NCBI GenBank assembly: GCA_021162365.1
Contig: JAGGYW010000013.1
Span: forward strand, 8,960 to 72,959
DNA: 64,000 nucleotides
Origin: Nanobdellota archaeon
GTDB taxonomy: Archaea; Nanobdellota; Nanobdellia; CSSed11-243R1
Direction of reading: 5' to 3'
Each line of letters begins with the position of its first letter. The first letter of the stretch is position 1. Below the pieces are notes generated by a model. It worked only from the letters and a program-made list of their open reading frames with translations. It ran no database searches and was not told the origin of the DNA. Positions 20,230 through 29,448 of the stretch are shown piece after piece. A program made the translations under genes and the position numbers.

Positions 20230-20715
20230 TTATTGGTTGTCATATTTCATGACTTCATCTTGAAGCACTTCTAATTTGACTCCTGCTTGTTTGAAAAATT
20301 CCCTGGTTAGTTTGCCAGCATGGTATCTCTTTTTGCAAACGACTCTTTTTATTCCAGCATTGATTATCATTTTTGCGCAGGTTAAGCAAGGCTCCATGGT
20401 GCAATACATCGTTGCTCCATTTATTGCAATTCCATGTTTTGCTGCTTGTACTATTGCATTTTGTTCTGCATGTGTCGTCCTAATGCAATGCATAGATTCG
20501 TTTCCATCCTCATCTATGTATTTCATCATTAAATGCCCGACATCGTCACAATGTGGCAAGCCTGCAGGTGCACCTACATATCCTGTTGATAGGATCTGCT
20601 TGTCTTTTACTATTATTGCTCCACTTTTTCCTCTATTACATGTTGCTCTTTGGGCAACTGCATCAACAATTTGCATAAAATATTCATCCCAACTTGGACG
20701 TGCCATTTGTATCAC
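20230..20715 (-). CDS. dCMP deaminase (cytidine/deoxycytidylate deaminase zinc-binding family).
   Basis: HAEQNAI ... PCLTCAKMII zinc-ligand motifs. Confidence 0.85.
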   Translation of the reverse strand: MIQMARPSWDEYFMQIVDAVAQRATCNRGKSGAIIVKDKQILSTGYVGAPAGLPHCDDVGHLMMKYIDEDGNESMHCIRTTHAEQNAIVQAAKHGIAINGATMYCTMEPCLTCAKMIINAGIKRVVCKKRYHAGKLTREFFKQAGVKLEVLQDEVMKYDNQ

Positions 20716-20716
20716 C

Positions 20717-21223
20717 TCAAAAATCTAGTCCTTCTATGGCAGGTTTGCCTTTTTGAAAAGGATGTTTTATTTCTTTCATCTCAGTTACTAGGTCTGCTTT
20801 GTCAATTAATTCTTGTTTTGCATATCTCCCTGTTATGATAATATGTGTTTCTTCAGGGATGTTGCTTAACATTTCTAATACCTCTTCAACACTAAGTAAG
20901 TTTGCAGCAATTGCCACGTTTAACTCATCTAAAACAAGCAGGAATGGTTTTTCTTTTAGCTTTTCTTTTGCGAAGTTTAATCCTTCTTTTGCAAGCTGTT
21001 TATCTTTCTCTGTTGGATTTTTGAAATCTACAAATTTTTCTGTGCCAAACTGGTAAAACTCGTATCCATGTTTTTGGAAGAATTTTTTTTCTCCTGTCTC
21101 TCTTTTTTTCATGAATTGAATCACGACAACTTTTTTTCCGTAGCCGATTGCTCTTATTGCTGTTCCAAGTGCGGAAGTTGTTTTTCCTTTTCCATTCCCT
21201 GTGAATAAGTAAATCATCCCCAT
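20717..21223 (-). CDS. cobA: Cob(I)alamin adenosyltransferase, CobA/CobO/BtuR type. Likely real start is MGMIYLFTG...; the track start at 21277 overlaps the RNR gene.
   Basis: P-loop GNGKGKTT and family-typical VVVIQFMK, LLVLDELN motifs. Confidence 0.8.
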   Translation of the reverse strand: MGMIYLFTGNGKGKTTSALGTAIRAIGYGKKVVVIQFMKKRETGEKKFFQKHGYEFYQFGTEKFVDFKNPTEKDKQLAKEGLNFAKEKLKEKPFLLVLDELNVAIAANLLSVEEVLEMLSNIPEETHIIITGRYAKQELIDKADLVTEMKEIKHPFQKGKPAIEGLDF

Positions 21224-21228
21224 TTGCA

Positions 21229-23877
21229 TCACGAGATTATACATTCGCTCCATCCACAATCTTTGCAGACAACACACCCCGCTTCATAAACCAAATTTTT
21301 GCTGCCGCATACCGGGCATTTTTCTATTTCCGGTTTTTCGACAGGCTTGTGCTCTTCGCTTTCTACTTCTTTTTCTTCTGCAATTATTGGAGGTTTTGAT
21401 TCAACTTCTTCTTTTTTCTTTCCAATTTCAATGTATTCATTCATCCACGGTTTCTCAGCAAGGATTTCATTCAACCATTTCATTGCATAATCAGATGGTT
21501 TTGGTTTAACTCGTAGCTCCTTTTTCTCTGAGGTTACGCTAAGCACTTGCGCTGTTTTTGATCCGTCTCTATATACTGTTGTGCCTTTACACCCCATTTC
21601 ATGTGCAATTAAATATGCTTGTTTCACATCTTCGACAGTTACATCATTTGGCATGTTAATTGTTTTCGAAATGGAATCTGTTATTGCTAACTGCAAGACT
21701 GCTTGTGCAACTACATGGTCTAACCAATGGATGTCCATAGATGTTACAAATACATCTCTTATTTCTTTTGGAATTTCTTCTATGCCTTGCACGCTGCCGT
21801 AGTTTTCAGAAATTTTCTTTAATATCTCATCGCTGTAGAGTCCTGCTTCTCTCAACTTCTTTTCGAATACATTGTCTATATAATAAAATGAGCCAACGGT
21901 TACATTTTTTTCATAGACGAGAGAGAAAACTGGCTCAATTCCATTACTTGTATCCGCAATCATGGATATTGAACCTGTAGGTGCATTTGTTGTCACCATT
22001 GCATTTCTTAGCCCATACTTCTTTATCTTTTCAACAAGTTCATCCCAATTTAAGCTCCACAAATCTCTTCTGTAAAATATTTCGACTGGCATCTTCCCGT
22101 TTACATAATCTGTTTCTTTGTAAAGTGGGAATGTACCTCTTTCTTTTGCAAGTTCAATTGAAGATTCGTATGCATAGTATGTTAAGTATTCTGCTAGTTT
22201 CCTCATGAATTCATATCCTTCTTTTGAGTTGTATTTGATGCCCAATTCGAAGAGCAAATCCGCAACACCCATTAAACCAAGGCCGATTCTTCTTGTTTCT
22301 TTCGTTCTGATGTCAATTTCCGGAATTGGGTATTTGTTCATAGTTATTATGTTCTCCAATGCACGTGCAGTGAATTTAATTACTTCTTTATATGTTTCCC
22401 AATCAAAATCTTTCTTCCCATTTCTGTCAATTACAAATCTTGCAACATTTATACTACCTAAGTTGCAGGATTCATATGGATACAATGGTTCCTCGCCACA
22501 AGGATTAGTTACATTTATCTTCCCACCCCTGGCGTTAATTAACACATTTCTTTTATTGACGTTATCGAAGAAAAGCACTCCTGGGTCTGCTTTGTGCCAT
22601 GCATGATATGCAATTGAGTGTAGTAGTGATTTTGGACTTGTGTGTTTCCAAACTTTTTTGGTTCTTGGATTGATAAGTGGGTAATCTGTGTCTTTTGCAA
22701 GGTATTCCCAGAAATCTTTCCATATCCCCACAGATATGTTAAAGTTTTCAAATACGCCTTCCTTGTCTTTTAGTGCAATGAACTTTTCAATTTCTGGGTG
22801 CCAAATTTCTAATATCCCCATGTTTGCTCCTCTTCTGACACCTCCCTGCTTTATTACATCTGAAACGGCGTCTATAATTTTCATGAAGGAAATTGGGCCT
22901 GACGCGCTTCCCATAGTTGATTTAACAACATCGCCTGATGGGCGAATCTTGGAGAAGTTCATGCCGGTTCCTCCACCAGCCTTTTGTATGAGTGCGACAT
23001 CCCTTGCAAGTTTCATTATGGATTCAATGTTGTCCTCTACGTCGAGAGTAAAGCAGGCAGAAAGCATTCCTAGCTTTTTACCGGCATTTATTAGGGTTGG
23101 AGTGTTTGGCATAAATACTTGGTTTACCATTAAATTAAAGTATCTGTCAAAGACTTCTTCGTATTCTTCAAAAGTTCCATTTTGAAGCATGCTCATTAAC
23201 TCGTCAAATCCAATCTTCATTTTTCCTTTGTTTGCATGCTCTTCGTATGCTGAGATAAATCTCTCCAAGTGCCATTTAGTGAGTGTATACTTTCCGATTT
23301 TGATTTTTTTATCCCACGCATCTAAGTTGCCTAAATACTTGGAAATTGTAATTGGTATTTGATACTTCCCATCTTTATCGTAAACTCTCTTATCATAAAG
23401 AATTTCAGAGAGGCCAATGGTTATGGCAACTCTTTGGAATAGCTCTTTTGGAGACTCAATTACTTTTCCTTCATCATCTTTTGTTAGGTATCTAAATGCT
23501 AGGACTCTTAGTGCGTTTACACTAAATCTCTTGTCAATGTCGTCAAGTACTTCTTTGTTTAGAATTTTCTTTTTTTCTTCTCTAATCTCCGTCTTTTTTT
23601 GCCTATATAATATGTATGCTTTGGCGGTTTTTGCATGCCCATTCTCAATTAAGACCTTTTCTACTATGTCTTGGATTTCTTCAACTGTCGGGATTGTGTG
23701 TCCATCATATTTTTCTTCTAGTATTTTAACAACTTGATCTGAAAGGAATTTGGCTCTTTCATAATCTTCTCCACCAACCGCTTTTGCAGCTTTGAATATG
23801 GCTTGGGTTATTTTTTCTTGGTTGAAATCAACTATTCTTCCATCCCTTTTCTTTACTTTTTTAAGGGTTAGTTTCAT
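21229..23877 (-). CDS. nrdJ: Ribonucleoside-diphosphate reductase, class II (adenosylcobalamin-dependent), with N-terminal ATP-cone and C-terminal zinc ribbon.
   Basis: ATP-cone (KRDGRIVDFNQEKI), class I/II catalytic core motifs (NPCGEEPL, radical Cys region), C-terminal CPVCGS...CKDCG. 882 aa. Confidence 0.9.
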   Translation of the reverse strand: MKLTLKKVKKRDGRIVDFNQEKITQAIFKAAKAVGGEDYERAKFLSDQVVKILEEKYDGHTIPTVEEIQDIVEKVLIENGHAKTAKAYILYRQKKTEIREEKKKILNKEVLDDIDKRFSVNALRVLAFRYLTKDDEGKVIESPKELFQRVAITIGLSEILYDKRVYDKDGKYQIPITISKYLGNLDAWDKKIKIGKYTLTKWHLERFISAYEEHANKGKMKIGFDELMSMLQNGTFEEYEEVFDRYFNLMVNQVFMPNTPTLINAGKKLGMLSACFTLDVEDNIESIMKLARDVALIQKAGGGTGMNFSKIRPSGDVVKSTMGSASGPISFMKIIDAVSDVIKQGGVRRGANMGILEIWHPEIEKFIALKDKEGVFENFNISVGIWKDFWEYLAKDTDYPLINPRTKKVWKHTSPKSLLHSIAYHAWHKADPGVLFFDNVNKRNVLINARGGKINVTNPCGEEPLYPYESCNLGSINVARFVIDRNGKKDFDWETYKEVIKFTARALENIITMNKYPIPEIDIRTKETRRIGLGLMGVADLLFELGIKYNSKEGYEFMRKLAEYLTYYAYESSIELAKERGTFPLYKETDYVNGKMPVEIFYRRDLWSLNWDELVEKIKKYGLRNAMVTTNAPTGSISMIADTSNGIEPVFSLVYEKNVTVGSFYYIDNVFEKKLREAGLYSDEILKKISENYGSVQGIEEIPKEIRDVFVTSMDIHWLDHVVAQAVLQLAITDSISKTINMPNDVTVEDVKQAYLIAHEMGCKGTTVYRDGSKTAQVLSVTSEKKELRVKPKPSDYAMKWLNEILAEKPWMNEYIEIGKKKEEVESKPPIIAEEKEVESEEHKPVEKPEIEKCPVCGSKNLVYEAGCVVCKDCGWSECIIS

Positions 23878-23881
23878 TCTC

Positions 23882-24331
23882 TCACCTCTTGAGTGCTTTT
23901 AGTTCTTTTTCAAAATCTTTTGTATCTTTGAAGGATTTATATACCGAAGCAAACCTAAGGTATGCAATTTTATCAACTATTTTTAGTTTTTTAATCACCA
24001 TAGCTCCAATAGTACTGCTTTTGATTTCTGTACTTTTATATCTCCTAATTCTGCGTTCAATATCATCGACTATTTTATCAATTTGTTCTTCGGTAATGGG
24101 TCTTTTTTCGCACGCTTTTAGAATTCCGGCTTTTATCTTCTCTCTTACAAATGGTTCTCGTCTGCCATCTTTCTTTAAAACAAATATATTTGTTCCTTCT
24201 ACTCGCTCATATGTTGTAAATCTTTTCTTGCAGGAGAGACACACTCTACGTCGCCTGTTTACTTCTCCATTAGCAATGCTACGTTTGTCAATCACCTTTG
24301 TATTTAATGAACCACAAAAAGGACATTTCAC
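23882..24331 (-). CDS. nrdR: NrdR transcriptional repressor (zinc ribbon plus ATP-cone).
   Basis: MKCPFCGS...CLSCKKRFTTYE zinc ribbon followed by ATP-cone. 149 aa. Immediately upstream of and co-oriented with nrdJ. Confidence 0.85.
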   Translation of the reverse strand: MKCPFCGSLNTKVIDKRSIANGEVNRRRRVCLSCKKRFTTYERVEGTNIFVLKKDGRREPFVREKIKAGILKACEKRPITEEQIDKIVDDIERRIRRYKSTEIKSSTIGAMVIKKLKIVDKIAYLRFASVYKSFKDTKDFEKELKALKR

Positions 24332-24522
24332 TTTCTCACCACAATATGTTGTGTTATGTGTTGTAAAAAATTACAATATGTTGCAAACTTTCATGTATAA
24401 GTGTGGGGTTGTATATAAACAATTTCATACTACAGAATATATCTTGGAGTTTGGAATTACTGCTAAGTGATTTTTGGGTTTCTTTAAAAACATTTATAAT
24501 AAGCGGGCTTTTTGGTCAATTT

Positions 24523-26283
24523 ATGTGTGGGATAATAGGGTATATCGGTAGTAAAAATGCTGTTCCTCTTGTAATTAACGGTTTGAGGAATTTGGAGTAC
24601 AGGGGGTATGACAGTGCTGGAATTGCTGCTGTCGTTGATGGTAAGCTTATAGTTAAAAAAGATGTTGGAAAATTAGATGAAGTATTCTCTAAGGTAGATA
24701 TATCTAATTTGAAAAGTAATGTTGCAATTGGGCATACCCGTTGGGCAACACATGGTAAGGTCACCAAGGAAAATGCGCATCCCCACACAGACTGCAAGGG
24801 CGAAATTGCAATTGTTCATAATGGTATAATTGAGAATTATCAGGAACTAAAAAAGGAGTTGGAGTCGAAAGGGCACATATTCAGAAGTGAAACTGATTCT
24901 GAAGTTATAGCACATCTTATAGAGGAGGGTATGAAAACGAAAAACTTTGTGGACGCATTTAATGAGATGATTAAGAAAATTGTGGGGAGCTATGCTATTG
25001 TTGCTATAAACAAAGATGGTAAAGAAATGATAGGAGCAAGGAAAGATTCTCCTTTAGTTGTGGGTATATCAGAAGATGGATACTTTATTGCTTCTGATGT
25101 TCCCTCTTTTTTGGATGAAACTAAAAAGGTTATTTATCTATATGATGGAGATGTGGTTGTTGTTAACAAGAAGATTGTTATTTACCATGATGGCAAGCCG
25201 GTGGAGAGGGATATAGACAGCATAGAGTGGGATGCGGAGCAAGCAAAAAAAGGTGTTTTCAAGCATTTTATGCTTAAGGAAATAAGTGAGCAGGCAGATG
25301 TAATTAAAAGGGCCATTATGCAAGATGATAAAATAATAAATGAAATTGCAAATGAGATAAAAAAATCAAAAGGTGTTTTCTTTGTCGGGTGTGGGACTGC
25401 ATATCACGCTTGTTTGGAAGGAAGTTATATCTTTTCAAAAGTTGCGAATATGCATGTGAATGTTACATATGCTCATGAGTTTCCTAATTATGTTCACTTT
25501 CTAACCCCAGAAAGTTTAGTTATTGCTGTGTCACAATCAGGGGAGACAGCAGATACACTCGAGGCAATTAGGGCAGCGAAAGCAAAAGGTGCTAAAGTGA
25601 TATCTATAGTAAATGTTGCTGGTTCAACTTTAGTTAGGGAGTCAGATAAGGTTTTACTTCAGCATGCTGGACCTGAAATTTGTGTTCTTTCAACGAAGAG
25701 CTATACATCTCAGCTTGCGGTTTTGACTTTACTTGCATACTCTCTTGCCGGAAGACTTGAGGAAGGAAAATCCAAATTAAAAGAATTAATTAGGTATATC
25801 TACTACTTGACTTCAAGGAACACACGAGATTATATAAGAAAACTTGCAGAGAAGCTAAAAGATGTGAAGGATATATACATAATTGGGAGAGATTTACAAT
25901 ATCCAACAGCTCTTGAGGCGGCTTTGAAGATAAAGGAGGTTTCCTACATACATGCAGAGGGATTCGCTGGAGGAGAGTTGAAGCATGGGAACATCGCACT
26001 AATAGAAGAAGGGACCCCATGTATTGTATTTACATCCAAAGAAAATGAGAAGGAAATAATTTCTAATGCGGCAGAGTTAAAAGCGAGAGGTGCATACATA
26101 ATAGGGGTTGGTCCAAGGAATAATGAGGTGTTTGACTTTTTCATCAAAGTTAGAGAAGCAGAGGAGGCAAATTCCATCGTGCAGATAATTCCTATTCAGA
26201 TACTTGCATACCAGCTTGCGATATTGAGGGGGCTCGACCCGGACAAGCCAAGAAACTTGGCAAAAAGTGTGACGGTGAAATAA
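24523..26283 (+). CDS. glmS: Glutamine--fructose-6-phosphate aminotransferase (GlmS). Start corrected to MCGIIGY (catalytic Cys2); the track start at 24403 is over-extended.
   Basis: N-terminal Ntn amidotransferase (CGIIGY), two SIS domains, C-terminal ...SVTVK. Confidence 0.9.
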   Translation: MCGIIGYIGSKNAVPLVINGLRNLEYRGYDSAGIAAVVDGKLIVKKDVGKLDEVFSKVDISNLKSNVAIGHTRWATHGKVTKENAHPHTDCKGEIAIVHNGIIENYQELKKELESKGHIFRSETDSEVIAHLIEEGMKTKNFVDAFNEMIKKIVGSYAIVAINKDGKEMIGARKDSPLVVGISEDGYFIASDVPSFLDETKKVIYLYDGDVVVVNKKIVIYHDGKPVERDIDSIEWDAEQAKKGVFKHFMLKEISEQADVIKRAIMQDDKIINEIANEIKKSKGVFFVGCGTAYHACLEGSYIFSKVANMHVNVTYAHEFPNYVHFLTPESLVIAVSQSGETADTLEAIRAAKAKGAKVISIVNVAGSTLVRESDKVLLQHAGPEICVLSTKSYTSQLAVLTLLAYSLAGRLEEGKSKLKELIRYIYYLTSRNTRDYIRKLAEKLKDVKDIYIIGRDLQYPTALEAALKIKEVSYIHAEGFAGGELKHGNIALIEEGTPCIVFTSKENEKEIISNAAELKARGAYIIGVGPRNNEVFDFFIKVREAEEANSIVQIIPIQILAYQLAILRGLDPDKPRNLAKSVTVK

Positions 26284-26927
26284 TGGAAAGAGATGTAAAG
26301 TATTATTTTAAAAAAGTTGAAGATTTTCCATTTCCGGAGATATTTAAAGTTGATGATGTCATAAAAGTCCTTGACGAAAAGGACAAGTTGTTGTCTAAAT
26401 TTAAGGAATCTGAAATTAAAGGCACGATGGGTAAGAATGTACATTTTGAGGGTGTAGTGATTCTTGAAGAAGGTGCAAGGGTTTTACACAATAGTATCAT
26501 AATTGGACCGGTATATGTAGGCAAAAATACAGTTGTTGGTCCTGATGCACATATAAGGAGCGGCACAATAATCGGTAACAATTGCAAGATAGGAAAAACA
26601 GAGATAAAAGGAAGTGTTATTATGAATAATGTTCGCGCGGACCACTTTGGATATGTTGGTGATTCAATTCTTGGGGATTCGTCTCATTTGGGTGCTGGAG
26701 CTGTAACCGCGAATTTTCGCTTTGATGGAAAGGAAACTTTTGGGCGTCGCAAGCTTGGGGCAATAGTTGGTGACAACACTCAAGTTGGGGTAAATGCAAC
26801 TACACTTCCTGGAACATTTATAGGTTCAAATTCTTGGATATACCCTGGAGTTGTGGTAAGGGGGTTTGTTCCTGAGAATTCTATCTTAAAGTGGAAGCCC
26901 AATTATGAAATTGTTGAAAAGAAGTAA
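26283..26927 (+). CDS. Left-handed beta-helix (hexapeptide-repeat) acyl/acetyltransferase, GlmU C-terminal-domain-like. No nucleotidyltransferase domain.
   Basis: Repeating [LIV]G-x-x-x-x hexapeptides (IGPVYVGKNTVVGPDAHIRSGTIIGNNCKIG...). Directly follows glmS. Confidence 0.6.
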   Translation: MERDVKYYFKKVEDFPFPEIFKVDDVIKVLDEKDKLLSKFKESEIKGTMGKNVHFEGVVILEEGARVLHNSIIIGPVYVGKNTVVGPDAHIRSGTIIGNNCKIGKTEIKGSVIMNNVRADHFGYVGDSILGDSSHLGAGAVTANFRFDGKETFGRRKLGAIVGDNTQVGVNATTLPGTFIGSNSWIYPGVVVRGFVPENSILKWKPNYEIVEKK

Positions 26928-27174
26928 GGCCCCGACGGGACTTTCGTGCAAGCCTTTTCTTAAAAAGAAAAGCCTTGAGGGAAAAGAAGTTTCTTTCCCT
27001 GCAGACTTTCTTTCCTAAAGAAAGGCTGCTTTCGAACCCGCAACCACCTGGTTTCTCCTCTCTTCTTTGCTCAAGCTTTCTTTCTAAGAAAGCTTGTCCG
27101 AAGCCAGGCGCTCTATCCAGGTTGCTTCAACACCTCTTCTTTCTAAGAAAAGGTGCTGATTAAGCTACGGGGCC
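26927..27174 (-). tRNA. tRNA-Arg (anticodon TCG) interrupted by three introns: D-loop, canonical anticodon-loop 37/38, and T-loop 59/60. 248 nt for a ~73-nt mature tRNA.
   Basis: Manual parse of the minus strand. Exons GGCCCCG-TA-GCTT-A..CCTGGATA-GAGC-G-CCTGG-CTTCGG[intron]A-CCAGG-TGGTT-GCGGG-TTCGAA[intron]T-CCCGT-CGGGGCC-T. Introns carry palindromic TTTCTT..AAGAAA mini-hairpins. Confidence 0.6.
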
Positions 27175-27213
27175 ATAAGAAAAAGAGCAATTAGTGCTTA
27201 AAATTATTTCTAT

Positions 27214-28437
27214 TCAGCGGAGTTTGTATTTTTGTTCTAAATCAGCAATTTCGTTTTTGATATCCTCTATTTTTTCGTGCACCTTTTTAAGCTCATTTAG
27301 CTTTGCTCCGAAGTTTTTTCCCTTTCGGGTTTTCATTTTTTTGAGCTTGCTTTCTATATCGTTAGATTTTGAATATAACCCATTCAGCTTTGCCTTAAGG
27401 CGCGTCAACTTTTGCTTGGCTTTTCTTTTTTCCTCTAATGGTATTATTTCTTCCTTTGTCAAATAATACATAAATAAGGAGATTCCAACGACTACAAGCA
27501 TCCAACAGCAGATGCTGAGCTGCTGGCTTTCCATTATTTCGTTAGGGAAGAATATAACTTTTGGAGGTTCGCTACTAGTTGCATTATTTTTTTCTCCGTA
27601 AATTATGAATTCTGAGAAGCCCATTGTTTTAAAGTAGAAGTAAACATTGCCCTCATCCTCACTTATTCTATATGGAATTATTCTGTTTACACCATTTGAA
27701 ATTTCAATTATGCCTATTTTTGAATCGTTTATGTTATTAGAATTGATCCATTCCTTTGGTATTTTGAAATGAATAACTGCATTTTCGTATTGTTCTTTAT
27801 AGATATCTTCTAAGTCAACAGACAAGCAATCAAAAACAATTCCTGAAGATAGAGAATAATCCTTGTTGCATCTTTGAATGTTTATTGTACCAGATGATAT
27901 TTGTTGAGATGTATATATTGTTAATTTTTGAAAGTTTTCTAATATATCCAATCCAATTGTGAGGTTTGTGTTTGGTGGAACTGGAAGAATGTTCATGCTT
28001 TGGTTTCCAACTTTTATTACTATAAATGAATTTCCACCACCACTCGACATGCTTTTAAACGATATTCTGACACCAAATTCTTTAATTTGTTCTACATATC
28101 CCACTTTCTTGGCGGTTATCTTTGTAAAGTACACACCTGTTGTATCAAATTTTTTCTTGAATATAAAGGCAGAATTCGAAGGACTATATGCCATCTGGTA
28201 TGTTTTCCCATCTACAGAAATTGTAACATTTGCATCCACAATGTCAGTACCATTTTCATCTTCATAATCTGCTATAAACATAACTTCTTGATTTACCCTT
28301 GGGTTTTCTGGAGTATAGCTAGTTTTTAGTGTTGTATTTACTAGCGGTGGAACAGTTAAAGATGCACCAAGGGACGCAGCGCTAGCTACAGAAATCACTA
28401 AAAGTACTAGAGTTAAAGCTAAAGTTGCCTTTCTCAT
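27214..28437 (-). CDS. Single-pass membrane protein (407 aa). Signal peptide, ~300-aa extracellular beta-rich domain, TM (ICCWMLVVVGISLFMYYL), cytoplasmic coiled-coil tail.
   Basis: ORF track and manual topology reading. Confidence 0.55.
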   Translation of the reverse strand: MRKATLALTLVLLVISVASAASLGASLTVPPLVNTTLKTSYTPENPRVNQEVMFIADYEDENGTDIVDANVTISVDGKTYQMAYSPSNSAFIFKKKFDTTGVYFTKITAKKVGYVEQIKEFGVRISFKSMSSGGGNSFIVIKVGNQSMNILPVPPNTNLTIGLDILENFQKLTIYTSQQISSGTINIQRCNKDYSLSSGIVFDCLSVDLEDIYKEQYENAVIHFKIPKEWINSNNINDSKIGIIEISNGVNRIIPYRISEDEGNVYFYFKTMGFSEFIIYGEKNNATSSEPPKVIFFPNEIMESQQLSICCWMLVVVGISLFMYYLTKEEIIPLEEKRKAKQKLTRLKAKLNGLYSKSNDIESKLKKMKTRKGKNFGAKLNELKKVHEKIEDIKNEIADLEQKYKLR

Positions 28438-28462
28438 AATTAAAAAATAAAAAATTAAGGGT

Positions 28463-28957
28463 TTAACAGTTCATTGTTATTGTAATTGTTTGTGTGTATG
28501 TTGCTGGGTATTGTGCGTTTGGTACTCCTACTCCAAAGTACAATGTGAACGAGCTACCTGCTGCAAGGCTTGCGCCTGCGGGTATTGCTGTGTCTGTAGT
28601 TGTAAGTGGTGTTCCGCTGGTAGAATAGTCAAATGAGGATGTACTCCATTTTGTTTGTCCAACAGCCATTGTGTGTCCTGCACCATCATCCCAGTTTGTA
28701 CCTTTTATTGTTGTGTTTGTTGTAGGTGTGTTACCTCCATTTGTAACAGTTACTTGTTGGTTTGTGCTCCCTGTATCAGTTCCTGGTGTAACGCTGTTAA
28801 AGTTAATCGTGTTTGTTGATAGATTTACTGTACAAATTGCTGGGACTGTTACTGTTGCTGTAATTGTGTCGCTATCTGTGTATGCTTTTGCTATTCCCAC
28901 GAATGCAATTCCTGCTGCTAGCAAGATTACAAACGCAGCAATTATTTTCGCATCCAT
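28463..28957 (-). CDS. Small secreted protein (164 aa) consisting of a signal peptide plus a ~130-aa Thr/Asn-rich beta domain. That domain is paralogous to the C-terminal domain of the adjacent 1325-aa protein and resembles a SCPU/Csu-pilin-like fold (both end ...YTQTITITMNC).
   Basis: Direct alignment of the two protein sequences from the ORF track. The fold assignment is a weak inference. Confidence 0.55.
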   Translation of the reverse strand: MDAKIIAAFVILLAAGIAFVGIAKAYTDSDTITATVTVPAICTVNLSTNTINFNSVTPGTDTGSTNQQVTVTNGGNTPTTNTTIKGTNWDDGAGHTMAVGQTKWSTSSFDYSTSGTPLTTTDTAIPAGASLAAGSSFTLYFGVGVPNAQYPATYTQTITITMNC

Positions 28958-29439
28958 CTCTTCTTACCTCCTTTTAGCTTATAATAATATATGGAAAGGA
29001 ATATTAAAAATATTACTATACCCCCAAAAAATAGCCATTTTGAGGGGAATTCTTGTTTTTTTATAACTTCAAACTTATAATTCTTTTCTAGTTCAACATT
29101 GAAGACAATTGTGCCTGTGACATTTTGAAGCGCCCTTGCTGTTATTTTGCCGCTGAAATTTCCAGTTTCGTTAGCTATTGCTGTGACTTTCATTTCTTGT
29201 TGGCTGTGCGGTAGTATTGTTCCATTAGTGGGTTCAACTACGATATTACCTGAATATGTAATTATCTCAAATTCTATTGGTTCATTGCCTGTATTTACAA
29301 GCCAATATGTTAATGTTTTGTTTTCTCCAAGGGTTATTTCACCGAAGTCGAGCACGCCCGCAGATTGTCCGAAGTCGGCGTTTGCAATTGCAGTTGCTAC
29401 GAAAATCAATCCAATTAAAATGATTGTTTTTCCTTTCAT
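28942..29439 (-). CDS. Secreted Ig-like (PapD-like/ASH/DUF1573-like) domain protein with a C-terminal TM anchor and a basic tail.
   Basis: LDFGEITLGENKTLTYWLVNTGNEPIEFEI pattern. C-terminal KWLFFGGIVIFLIFLSIYYYKLKGGKKRWMRK. Confidence 0.5.
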   Translation of the reverse strand: MKGKTIILIGLIFVATAIANADFGQSAGVLDFGEITLGENKTLTYWLVNTGNEPIEFEIITYSGNIVVEPTNGTILPHSQQEMKVTAIANETGNFSGKITARALQNVTGTIVFNVELEKNYKFEVIKKQEFPSKWLFFGGIVIFLIFLSIYYYKLKGGKKRWMRK

Positions 29440-29448
29440 TTTTTCACC

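Noticed and set aside
24403-24522. Over-extended starts in the ORF track (glmS 24403, gdh 48316, trxB 48276, cobA 21277, ATP-grasp 34027, 59148 surface protein, 42606 secreted protein)
   Set aside because: The extensions lack homology or a signal peptide, and internal ATGs give canonical N-termini ([70 protein letters not shown]). Treated as an annotation artefact, not biology.
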